NCBI GenBank assembly: GCA_951406725.2
Contig: OX597822.1
Location: 63,674,001-63,738,000, forward strand
Direction: 5' to 3'
From: Octopus vulgaris
Lineage: Eukaryota
DNA length: 64,000 bases
Notes under the pieces: model-generated
What the model saw: only the letters and a program-made list of their open reading frames with translations
What the model was told of the DNA's origin: nothing
Databases searched by the model: none
In this document: one piece after another, positions 41,210-52,821 of the stretch
Layout of the letters: every line of letters starts with the position of its first letter
Numbering within the stretch: the stretch's first letter is position 1
Made by a program: the position numbers and the translations under genes

Positions 41210-41761
41210 AATGAATCTAATGGTATATGTGCATTTTTAAATGGCTTCTAAAAACTTTCCACGCCACAATTGTTTTTGTTTCAGCACACCATCTCAGATT
41301 ACTTGCTATGCAAGTACATCTCTGTAATATATTATCAGTTAATTAAATCATAAATATGATGAATTCAACTGTAATAGTCATTTTAGATTTTTTGCACAAG
41401 GCCAGCAATTTCAAGGGAGGAGGTAAGTTGATTACATCAACCCCGGTATTCTTCTGGTACTTATTTTATTAACCCCCTGAAAGGATGAAAGGCGAAGTCG
41501 ACTTTGGCAGAATTGGAACTCAGAATTTAACGGCATGAAATGTCGTTAAGCATTTTGTCTGGTATGCACTAGTGTAGCCAGAGTGTGTGCTTCCCAGGGC
41601 AGCCCTTCAGTTTGCCACCCCCAGGCCCCCACAAAGAGTACAAATATCATACAGCAGACTCAAAACTGGTGCTGCCTAGGGTGGACTGCCCCCCACAGCT
41701 GTGCTTGTGCTGATGTGCTAACAATTCTGCCAGCATGCCACCTTTGAATTCAATATTGATA

Positions 41762-41910
41762 TTATTGGGTTGTCCGGAGAGTTCGTGCCGATTTATAGTA
41801 GCTTACCATTCGGCTTATTTTAGTGAATATCAGGTGAATATGGAGGGTGGGGTAACACATCCCAGCTAAGCTGCAGCAATTTTTGTATGGTTCTCAAAGC
41901 ATCAAGTGCC
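41762..41910 (+). mobile_element. Mariner-like transposon left-end fragment
   Basis: Begins TATTGGGTTGTCCGGAGAGTTCGTGCCGATTT, resembling mariner TIRs; no right end was seen. Confidence 0.45.
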
Positions 41911-43127
41911 GAAAATGAACTTTCTTATCTTCCATTTTAAAGGGTTACAAAAGAGTGAAATGCCTGAAACAAATAAAAGAGGAAAAGAGTATCACACCGA
42001 GTGTATCAATTCTGGGGTTTATGTGACCCTTTCATTACCACATTTCTGTAGAAATACACGGCTTTTGTCAACTTCACCTTTCATCCTTTTAGGGTTGCTA
42101 AAATAAGTACCAGCTAAGATTCCAAGTTCAATTCCAAGTAGTGACCTGAATAATAACAACAACAATAACAACAACAACATCGAAAAAAACCTTAGGTTCG
42201 AAATTTCCCCAAGATACCTGAAAAATATCCATCTAATGTAAATAATGAAAATAATGTAAATAATGAATGAATAACTTTGCTGAGAATGGTGTTCATTTAC
42301 TACCATCACATGATGTCTAGACAAGAGTAAACACACACACACACACACACACAACTTCTTTGGAGTTTCTGGCTACTAAACTCACTCACAAGATTTTGGT
42401 AATCCTGTTGTTTTTGTAGAAGAAATTTGCCCAGGGTGCCATGAAGAGGGACTGAACCCAAAAACACATGGTTGAGAAGTAAGCTTCATAACCACACAGC
42501 CATACCTGTGCATGACTATTATTATCAAATATTATTTCGAAAATAGATTAAGAAAATATTTCATAGTCAATGGGAAAATAACATTTCCGACTTCCATTTT
42601 GATAACCGATATAATTGGAGATCTTCCTGCAGTTAATAACAGTGTATTCCATATTTTGAGACTAATATTTCCCTTGATTATTACATTATTTCTGACTTTT
42701 ATTGGATAAAGCTTGACCAGATGTTTTTGGTAAACTGACCAAAAGCAAAAACAAAAAAAAAAGGTTAATATTCTCTGCAAGTCAAAACAAAATCAATATC
42801 TTATTACCGTATTGCTGAAGGTATTGAGATATTATTAGCTATTGTCATTGTGATATATTATTCGTGCAGGGATATAAGCTCTCTAACAGCAGGATAAATA
42901 TCGAATAGAATGGCTGGGGAAAAATACTCGTGGACACCTGCTGCATGGAAAACTAATAGCAAAATGGGTGCTAACATACTTATCATATTTGATGGCCTGT
43001 GAGATGCATGTGAGATGCTATACTGTGAGATGTGAGATGCTATACTGTGAGATGTGAGATGCTATACTTTTGTAAAATAAATTACCACTAAAATAAGGTT
43101 TTATTTCTTCCACTTACCTCTCTTTAC

Positions 43128-43505
43128 CCTTTTACTCTTTTACTTGTTTCAGTCATTTGACTGCGGCCATGCTGGAGCACCGCCTTTAGTCAAATCAGAT
43201 CGACCCCAGGACTTATTCTATCGGTCTCTTTTGCCGAACCGCTAAGTTATGGGGACATAAACACACCAGCATCAGTTGTCAAGCGATGTTGGGGGGGATA
43301 AACACAGATACACAACATATACACACATATACTATATATATACACATATATATGATGGGCTTGTTTCAGTTTCCGTCTACCAAATCCACTCACAAGGCTT
43401 TGGTCAGCCCGAGTCTATAGTAGAAGACATGCCATGCAGTGGGACTGGACCCGGAACCATGTGGTTCGTAAGCAAGCTACTTACCACACACCCACTCCTG
43501 TGCCT
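43128..43505 (-). mobile_element. SINE family A copy
   Basis: Reverse complement of family A. Confidence 0.85.
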
Positions 43506-45496
43506 GTATAACTTTATACTATTACCAGTATTTATAAGCAATTTATTGCATCCACATTCGATGTAAACACACCGTAGGCGATTGTTCACCAATAGATGGC
43601 AGCACATGTTTTGTAAACATACATACTGTTTTGAGCAAGTTTTGAGCCTATGTTGAGTGCATTGGATGTAGGGGGATTTTTAAAGCCATTTTTGGGTAAA
43701 AAAAGTGTTTTATGGGCCATCAAATATGGTAATTAGTGAAAGCAAGAGACTTTAATTAATAAAATAAATAATACCTGTAGTTGTCATCATTTAACTTCCA
43801 TGTTTCATACTTGTATCGGTTGGATGGTTTGACATGATACAATGGGTCCAAGGACTGAATCATGCTCTAGTGTCCATTTGGTATGGTTTCTATGGCTGGC
43901 TAGATGCCCTTCCCAACACCAACCACTTTACTGTTGTACTGCATGCTTTTTTTTTTCATACTACCAGCAAGACCATCATGCAGTTTGCAAGACAATGAAC
44001 CTAAATTGGTGATGGTGATGACTTTATACTGAGAGAATAAGAAGAAAGGGGTTAAATAGATGGGAAAAGGGTAAGAGAAAGCAGGTTTAGAGACAAAAAA
44101 AATCATTATGATAATGACTATTTCTGGTCAAAAAATGCAGAGGAGACAACTCAAGCATTTAAATTAATTAAAAATAAATTTTAGTGGGTCGAGAGAGTCA
44201 TTGATTTTTGTAAGTACACTGTCAATTCTAGACATGTTTTTGTCTTATTTGGTCTCCTCAGCAAGGCCATATAAATTTTTTTACTTTATTTCCAGATTTT
44301 TGAATGATTAGAGAAGATATAGGGGTCCTTTGGTGGGGTGGGGAGATTGAAGACTGAGTGGCTTAATAACATATGAAAATGATTCAAGTATGGTGCTAGG
44401 GAGTGGGGAGCTACTCAGTGGTGCCTTCTGCATGAAAAAGAAATAGATAAATGTTAATATACTTAATGTAGTGGGCCAATAATTAGTAATCGTTCAAGTT
44501 TCATGTCTAGTGCAGAGAGAAAGAATTCATTGGTGATGGTGGTGATTGGGAGAGGGGAAATAGTTTTACCTTAAAAGATAATCTTCATATTTGATAAAAT
44601 ATGTTCTACTTCATCGAGAATCTTTAGAGGTGAGATATTTACATTACCAAGTTCTCAGGTTCTTACTCTGAGTGCTATTGAACTAGAAACATGACTTGGA
44701 ACATCTCCAGTTTAGTCATTTCTTTCCTTGTCCCTCTTAAACCATTACAGCTGAGCCCAGCTTCTTGAGAAATTCTTACATGTTGCACACCTACGTAGCA
44801 CTATTTTTACCACCAGCTTTCCTGTTGCAAAACACCACAAATCATAGAAATAGCTTAGCATTCTGACATTTCCAGGTTTTAATGAAGCAGTATTTTTTTA
44901 ACCCTTTAACATTTAAACCGGCCGTAATCGGCTGAAATATTCGATCTATTTAATGCTGAACTCTCTATCGACAGAGTTGATACTACACTTAGTGCTCCTG
45001 TGGGAGCCCTTACATGGACTCACGAGAAGAGAGAGAGTAAGGATGACATATGTTGATGCACTAAGGACAGATGCTGATCTCTAGGAGACACAGGACATGG
45101 CAGTGATGATGAAGGACAAAGACCTCTAGAGAGAACTCGTCCATGGATCTTGGTAATTTTAGCTGCCCTAAATAGACAGACAGATAATATTGAAACTACC
45201 CAAATCCAGCCTCTCACACCTACCCAATAAAGTTATTCTTAAAATGAACATTCACTTCATCAAAATCTTGAAGATGCAAAATAATGCATGATTAATACAA
45301 GACAGTTTGAATTAATAAGATTTAATTTGACAGAATATTCCAAATGCTAAAGGATTAAACCCTTTTGTTACCAATCCACATGTGACCATCCCTGATTCCA
45401 GGATTCAAACAACCTGTTTTAAAGTAATCTAAATTAAAATCTTCTATCAACATTTCATGCTAATTTAGGTTCCATGCACCACCTTAATGGCAAAAA

Positions 45497-45716
45497 TGGC
45501 GTAGTGGTTAAGAGCGTGGGCTACTAACCTCAAGATTCCGAGTTCGATTCCAGGCAGTGACCTGAATAATAATAACAGTAATAATAATAATAATAATAAT
45601 AATAATAGTAATAATAATAATAACAACATCGAAATATACCTTAGGAATGAAAACCCAGGTTCGAAGTTTCCCCAAGACACCTGATGAAGGTTGGAGGATA
45701 TATCAGCCAAAACGTG
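45497..45716 (+). mobile_element. tRNA-head/(AAT)n/hammerhead element, 3'-truncated
   Basis: Box A TGGCGTAGTGG, box B GAGTTCGATTCC, (AAT)n, then GACAC-CTGATGA-AGGTTG..CAGCC-AAAACGTG with GAAA mutated. A further partial copy lies at about 42113-42262. Confidence 0.7.
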
Positions 45717-46659
45717 ATAGAGATTTGGCTGCTTTTTCTAGCAATTCAGGTAACTGTAAGGAGACTCCTTGATGATACACAGCTATTTCTTACTGTCCAC
45801 CTTGTGGCTGCTTGTATCTTTGTACTCCTACAGATATAATACTACTATATGAACATTGTGTTGTGATATATTATTAAAAGTATTTGACAAATCTACAGAG
45901 TAATCAATGCAAGTGGAAACCCAACAAAATAACTTAGAAGAATATGTTATTGCTTGGACCTAACTTATGAAGAGAAGGGGTCAACAAAGGGCTATGCCTG
46001 TTTGTATTAGATTTACTATATACTTCAACTATAAAATTACCTTTACGTATAAGATGTGAACCTTAAATCTTGTAGTGTAGAGTAAGTTGTTATAATGGGT
46101 GATGGTTGATGGTAGGCTAACCCAGACTTGGTAACTAGCAACATGTCTTAGACACAGATGTATTTGGTAGATGAAGAGTTGCCTTGCTCTACTCTTGTAA
46201 TACTTGTCAGAGTCACAGAGTCTTTGTCAGAACTGATGGCCTGCTTTGGACATTTTAAAATTTGGCTAAGCCCATTCCTTTTCAGGTCTGAGCACAGTCA
46301 ATTTCTTTCAGAAAAAATGAAAGGGAAATAGAAAGAAAGTAAAAGAAGATAATTTGACCCCAGTATTAGACTGGTAAATTATTTATTGGTTAGTACCAGC
46401 CCATACTGTAATGTGATTGGCATTTTGAAGGGCATCCAGCTGTAAAAACCATGCCAAAACCAACCTCGCCTGTGCTGGTGCTACATGAAAAGCGTTTAGC
46501 CCATTCTGTGGAGTGGTTGGTGTTAGGAAGGGCATCCAGCAGTAAAAACCATGTCAAACCTGACAGAAGCATGGTGCAGTCTTCTGCATGGCCAGCTCTT
46601 GTTAAACCATCCAACCCATAGGAAGAAGATCGTTAGATGATGATGATGATGATGATCTC

Positions 46660-47085
46660 ATGGGTGCTCTGGAATATATCATCAGTGATGTTTCTGGAGT
46701 CTTAGGTCCTTCAACATCAGACCCCTTCACCCTGTTGATCAAGCCAGGATCAGTCAAGCCCTAGCAATGAACCACCAGGCAGTCCTCTTTATCCAAAACC
46801 ACTAACCAGCTTTCTCTGCAGCTTCAACAATATGGCACCAGTAATTCCAAGCCTTGACAGAGCTTTACTGAGTGAACACCAAGCAAAACATTGGCAACTC
46901 CCTTCAGTTGCCTTGCAACATGCTTGCCAGTCTGGTTTTCTGCATGGCTGGTATTTTGGCAATCTTTCCTTCATTAGTCTCCTACATGTGTTATTCCTGA
47001 GTGCATTCTTTCAGAGTGCAGTCAGTTCCCACATAATTACGAAATCCAGTAAAGGTAGTGGTACTGTATTTATTAGTCCCTGTAC
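46660..47085 (-). mobile_element. Decayed RLE-type (HERO-like) non-LTR retrotransposon 3' fragment
   Basis: Minus-strand remnants VIMWELTAL* and ERLPKYQ...WQACC..EGSCQCFA..SLSKALSRLGITGA resemble the restriction-like endonuclease C-terminus (ELTVPWE...KY...W....EVGCRGF..S...LG.TG) as recalled. Confidence 0.55.
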
Positions 47086-48549
47086 TGGACTGATATCATC
47101 ATCATCATCATCATCATTGTTTAGCATCTGCCTTCCATGCTGGCATGGATGGGATGGTTTCACAAGAGCCAGCCAGGCTGAAGCCTGCACCAGACTTCTG
47201 CGACTGGTATATAAAGTCCAATATTTATTTACCAGTTCAGTAAATAAACTCTGGATTAGATTTATTTACTGTCCAGTAAATTAAACTGGCATTCCATTGG
47301 TTACAATATCGAAGGTTCCGGTTGATCTGATCAATGAAATAACCTGCTCATGAAATTAATGTGCATGTGGCTGAGTACTCCACAGACTGTGTCCCCTTAA
47401 TGTAGTTCTCAAGGAGATTTGGTGTGTCACAGAATGTGACAAGACTGGACCCTTTGAATTATATGTACAACCCATTTTTGCCAGCTAAGTGGATTGGAGA
47501 AATGTGAAATAAAGCATCTTGCTCAAGGACATAGCAAGCCAGCAAGAATTGAACTCACCACCTTACGATTGTGAACTAAATACCCTTAAACACTAAGCCA
47601 CATGCCTTCACTATCCAATAAATAAGCTGAAAGGATGAAAGGCAAAGTTGACCTTGGCAGGTATTGTACTCATGTGTGTAATGTTTCTATATAAAATACA
47701 CTAAGCAAACAAAGTTATATTAATTAAAATTATTTCAGGAAGAATTAATTAAAAAGAACTTAATAACCTGATTTACTTAACTCTAGAAAAGTAATCATAA
47801 AAGCAACTAATGATTATGATTTTCTGGGGTCTGTGAAGCCAGAAGGCTTCATCAGGCCCTGTCAAATCTGGCAGTGTTTCTACGGCTGGATGCCCCTGGC
47901 GTTAGGAAGGGCATCCAGCCGTAGAAACACTGCCAGATTTGACTGGGCCTGATGAAGCCTTCTGGCTTCACAGACCCCAGTAGAACCGTCCAACCCATGC
48001 TAGCATGGAAAACGGACGCTAAATGATAATGATGATGATGATGAAATCTTGAGGATTATGAGCTTCAAGGTTGAAAACATGGCATTTATTATTGATGCTG
48101 TAAATATGAACACCCCGCACCCAAAAAAACAAAACAAATGTTTATGAGTCTGTAAGCCAAAATAGTAAATAAATTCTTGTTTTGTTGCCATACACCAGCA
48201 TTATTAAGATTTCCATTCAGGCAGTGAGCTGGAGGAATTGTTAGCCTTTTGGACAAAATGCTCAGCAGTATTTCTTTTGGTTCTTTATTCTTTGAGTTCA
48301 AATCTCATCATAGTCAACTTGACCTTTCATCCTTTCAGGTTGGTAAAATTAATTACCGGTCAACTACTGGGGTTGATGTAAACAATTATTAAATTATTAT
48401 CCGCTCACCTTAAAATCACTGGCTTTGCATCAAACTTTGAAACAATTATTAAGATTTCCATTGCCATATATATATATATATATATTTGTTCCCCCCATAA
48501 GCATTAATCGACAACTGAAAATTGTTTCTTCGTTTTGTTTGTCTTGCAG

Positions 48550-48669
48550 AAGTGTATAAAAAAAAATGTCCCTTCCATTGAAGATATCACCAATTTCCAC
48601 AAAAACCTCAATAAAAGTACCAGTATGGTGTTCAACGCCTCCACTGGATTGCCAACTCAGTCTAGTCCT
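48550..48669 (+). CDS. FAM214A: ATOS/FAM214 homologue, coding exon 5 (120 bp)
   Basis: ttgcag acceptor and gtgagt donor. Encodes KCIKKNVPS...FNASTGLPTQSSP (cf. recalled FHPQTGLPLLSSP). Phase 0 to 0. Confidence 0.88.
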
Positions 48670-49069
48670 GTGAGTATTAAAATCTATGCAAGCGTGCTTT
48701 TGTGTGTTTGTACAGATATGTGTATTACATGCTTTGCAGTTTTCAGTTATGATATTATAAGTGACATAACATATTCTTATCTTTCAGTACTTTGAATTCA
48801 AATATTTTGCTTGATCAGATTCAGAATATGAATGTTGCTGATCACACAAAAAGCATATTCAACAGGTTTTTTTCCAACCATGGCTACTCAATCTTTATTG
48901 TGAAGTTATGTCATTCTGAAATTTAGGACCTTTAAAAACGTGATTTCTATTGTTGGTTGTTGTTGTTTAACCACAGGACAGCATTGTTTGTGGAGCCCCA
49001 TGTCTGCAAGCTCTATTTTATTTTTACAATTATGCATATATTTTGTGAAAATGTGTGTTGAAACAGATA

Positions 49070-49354
49070 TTGTTATGCTTGGGGATGGTCATATTTTGCC
49101 AATTAAACACATGCACTGTTTATTTTATCTTCACTCTTTACTCTTTTACTAGTTTTAGTAATTTGACTGCGGCCATGCTGGAGCACTGCCTTTAATCGAG
49201 CAACTCGACCCCAGGACTTATTCTTTTGTAAGCCCAGTACTTATTCTATTGGTCTCTTTTGCCGAACCACTAAGTAACGGGGACATAAACACACCAGCAT
49301 CGGTTATCAAGCAATGCTAGGGGGACAAACACAGACACACAAACATACACATGC

Positions 49355-49389
<35 letters not shown>

Positions 49390-50020
49390 TATACGACGGG
49401 CTTCTTTCAGTTTCCGTCTACCAAATCCACTCACAAGGCTTTGGTCGGCCCAAGGCTATAGTAGAAGACACTTGCCCAAGGTGCCACGCAGTGGGACTGA
49501 ACCCGGAACCATGTGGTTGGTAAACAAGCTACTTACCACACAGCCACTCCTGCGCCTTGATGAATTTGGACGAGACTTTCAGAGATATCTGGCCTTGTGA
49601 CTGGCATGAACTGATTAGATTTGGGGATTAATCCAGTACTGGACAAGGATTCTGGATTATTTTTCTGGCTTTTTTACTTAATTTTTGAGAGCGGTCAGGT
49701 TCATTTTTAGTATTCTTGTTTCTGAGAGCAGTCAAGTTTATTCCAGATACTCTCATTTTAAAAATCATCTCTGGCTAATCGTTGAGAGAATGTTGGTGTC
49801 GCCTTGGCAGAGGTTTGTGCTCTCTGAGTGCTCTTGTTATAATTATTTTTAGTTTATCTGTCTGTCAAAGTTCTTCTGTTACACACTCTGTGACCACTTC
49901 AACTATTCTCTGTTTGACAGACAAATAAACTAAAAATAATTATAATAAAACTGAAGTGATGATCAAACATGTAGGGCATGTGTTTAATTGGCAAAACTTG
50001 ACCATCCCCAAGTATAACAA
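49070..50020. mobile_element. Foldback MITE interrupted by nested insertions
   Basis: Outer inverted repeats TTGTTATGCTTGGGGATGGTCATATTTTGCCAATTAAACACATGC (about 49070-49114) and their reverse complement (about 49976-50020). Inner inverted repeats lie at about 49837-49869 and 49913-49945. Confidence 0.65.
49133..49557 (-). mobile_element. SINE family A copy nested in a MITE arm
   Basis: Near-consensus reverse-complement family A copy. Confidence 0.85.
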
Positions 50021-50930
50021 ACTTTATTTTGTTTTGTCATTAATAGGTGCAGGTGTGGCTGTGTGGTAAGAAGCTTGCTTCCCAACCACAGGGTTTTGGG
50101 TTCAGTCCTACTGTGTGACAACTTGGGCAAGTGTCTTCTACTATAGCCTCAGGCCAACCAAATCCTTGTGAATGGATTTGGTAGGCAGAAACTGAAGACC
50201 CCTGCATATATATGTATATATGTATATATATTTATGTGTGTGTGTGTAATAGGAGACACTTGCCCCAGGTGCTGCTATGCAGTGAGACTGAACCTGAAAC
50301 CAGAAGTGTTTATCAAACATTTTCGAAAACTAGATGTTGCTTATCATGTCGTTAATATATAGTATTTGAAATTGCCAATTCAGTCCAAAACAAGCGCTCC
50401 ACTTTGCAATCTCTACCTTACCCCCTGGCCCCCATACACCTTCTCTATCTCTACTTTACATATTAATCTGTTTTTTTTTTCTGTTTTTGTTTCTGTAATA
50501 GTCTAGGCTTCATTGTTTTATCTAATATAACTGATATCTGAATTCATATTATGTAATATGTAATCTCATTTAATTGCCTTCCCTCAAATCTCTAAGATAT
50601 TTATGGAACACTTCTGTTTTTGTTTTTATTTTTATTTCTTTTTTTTTCTTTACCCTTGGCCTTGCAGCTGGATTAAAATTAAGTCTGAGAAAGCTGTAAT
50701 ATAATTAAATGATTTGTTTCATTTGGTCTGCTTTGTCACCAACAAAAACATAAAAATTTTTTTGCCAATTTCATTTGGTGTCTTTTCTCCTTTTTAATCT
50801 TATTTTTTTAGTGTATGTATATACACATATATATATATACAAACACACACATTTCAATATGTGATTGCATGTATATCGTTGGCGATTTTCTTTCTCCGTT
50901 TTCCCTTCCTTGGACCTTTCCTTTTTTGAT

Positions 50931-50965
50931 GTTTCTGACGAAGAGCTCCACTCAAAACATTAAAT
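50931..50965 (+). ncRNA. Degenerate hammerhead motif
   Basis: GTTT-CTGACGA-A-GAG ctcca CTC-AAAACATT-AAA. The expected CGAAACGTT has decayed at both CpGs. Confidence 0.4.
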
Positions 50966-50989
50966 CCTGCTTCTTTCTTTCCTTTCCTG

Positions 50990-51646
50990 GTGCGTGAGAA
51001 GACCCGGCAAGACTAGTGAAGCCATAATCCGTGGCCCCTACCTGGGACGTAGTCAGTCCACCTGTGCATACCTTCCTTCTTGTGACACTTGTGAAGACCT
51101 GTTGATTCAAGTGAGAATCGAATCGAATCAAATCAAATCAAATCGAACCAAATCAAAATAGATGAACATCAATGGAATTTGTATCCTTGTGGTACCAGTG
51201 CCAGTGGCACATAAGAAAACCATCCGAACGTGATCGTAGCCAGTACCGCAACGACTGGCCTCCGTGCTGAGGGCACGTAACAAACACCATCCGAGCGTGG
51301 CCGTCCGCCAGCCCCGTCTGGCACCTGTGTCGGTGACACATAAGAAAACACCATCCGAGCGTGGCCGTCAGCCAGCCTCGTCTGGCACCTGTGTCGGTGG
51401 CACATAAAAAACACCATCCGAGCGTGGCCGTCTGCCAGCCTCGTCTGGCACCTGTGTCGGTGGCACATAAAATCACCCACTACACTCTCGGAGTGGTTGG
51501 CGTTAGGAAGGGCATCCAGCTGTAGAAACACTGCCAGATCTGACTGGCCTGGTGCAGCCTTCGGGCTTGCCAGACCCCAGTTGAACCGTCCAACCCATGC
51601 TAGCATGGAAAGCGGACGTTAAACGATGATGATGATGATGATGATG
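50990..51646 (+). mobile_element. RTE-clade LINE 3' end (family C) with internal tandem repeats and (GAT)n tail
   Basis: Ends GGTTGGCGTTAGGAAGGGCATCCAG...GGACGTTAAAC(GAT)n. The copy at 29.5 kb retains a decayed ORF end (..D-L-W-Q-Y-T-V-L-E) like RTE ORF2 C-termini. Other approximate copies: 7405-7650(-), 24110-24540(+), 29440-30070(+), 32045-32315(-), 34698-34985(+), 36640-36931(+), 46390-46655(+), 47824-48042, 54948-55195(-), 63758-64000(-). Confidence 0.7.
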
Positions 51647-52700
51647 TTCCACGTCCTCATGTTGACGTGTTTTCTCTTTGTTTATGTTTGGATTAACTAT
51701 ATATATATATATATATAGTCGCGGGCACTTCTTCGGTTACAATGACGAGGGTTCCAGTTGATCTGATCAACGGAACAGCCTACTTGTGAAATTAACATGC
51801 AAGTGGCTGAGCACTCCACGGACACGTGTACCCTTAATATAGTTCTCAGGGAAATTTAACATGATACAGAGTGTGATAAGGTTGGCCCTTTGAAATACAG
51901 GTGCAACAGAAAGAGGAAGAAAGAGTGAGAGAAAATTGTGGTGAAAGAGTACAGCAGTGTTCACCACCCTGCTGGAGCCTCTTGGAGTTTTAGGTGTTTT
52001 CGCTCAATAAGCACTCACAATGCCTGGTCTGGGAATCGAACCCACGATCCCTCCACCACAAGTCTGCTGCCCTAACCACTGGGCCATTGTACCCCCCCCC
52101 CATATATATACACATGATGGACTCTCCCGTTGAAGGTGACATGAGCGTTCAGCTTTTGCTGAATGATCTGCACAAATGTTTTGCATATAGGGATCAAATG
52201 CTCGTGTCACACATTAGCTTACTGTCTCCATCAAATCGACATTGTTTGAACAGGTACACTGTGTGCCACAGGTGTCAAACTGATTGTAGAGCAATGCGAG
52301 TGTAAAATTGAACACAGGAGGAAAGTGAAACAAAGTGTCTTGCTAAAGGACAAAATGCACCACCAAGTATTGAACCCACGATTTTGCAAGCGTGAGCTGA
52401 ATACCCTAACCATGTGGCCACGTACCTTCACAGAAATAGCTACTAAGTCTCCCTCAAATCATACCCTGCTATCATGAAAGACTGGACACATTGGATTGGA
52501 TACAGTATAGTTATTAGATGTTGTGGCAGGTGTGGCTGTATGGTAAGAAGCTTGCTTCCCCAACCACATAGTTCTGGGTTCAGTCCCACTGTGTTGTACC
52601 TCGGGCAAGTGTTTTCCACTATAGCCTTGGGCCGACTAAAGCTTTGTGAGTGGATTTGATAGACAGAAACTGAAAGAAGCCTACCATATATATATATTTC

Positions 52701-52746
<46 letters not shown>

Positions 52747-52761
52747 CACATCTATATACAT

Positions 52762-52821
<60 letters not shown>

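Noticed and set aside
47949-47990. CTGATGA in the RTE subfamily (also at about 63845 on the minus strand) as a hammerhead
   Set aside because: No properly placed GAAA, stem III or stem I; other copies read CTGGTGCA.
51200-51480. Regularly spaced repeats as a CRISPR-like array
   Set aside because: Units are similar along their whole length with no unique spacers, and the context is a eukaryotic retrotransposon UTR with no cas genes.
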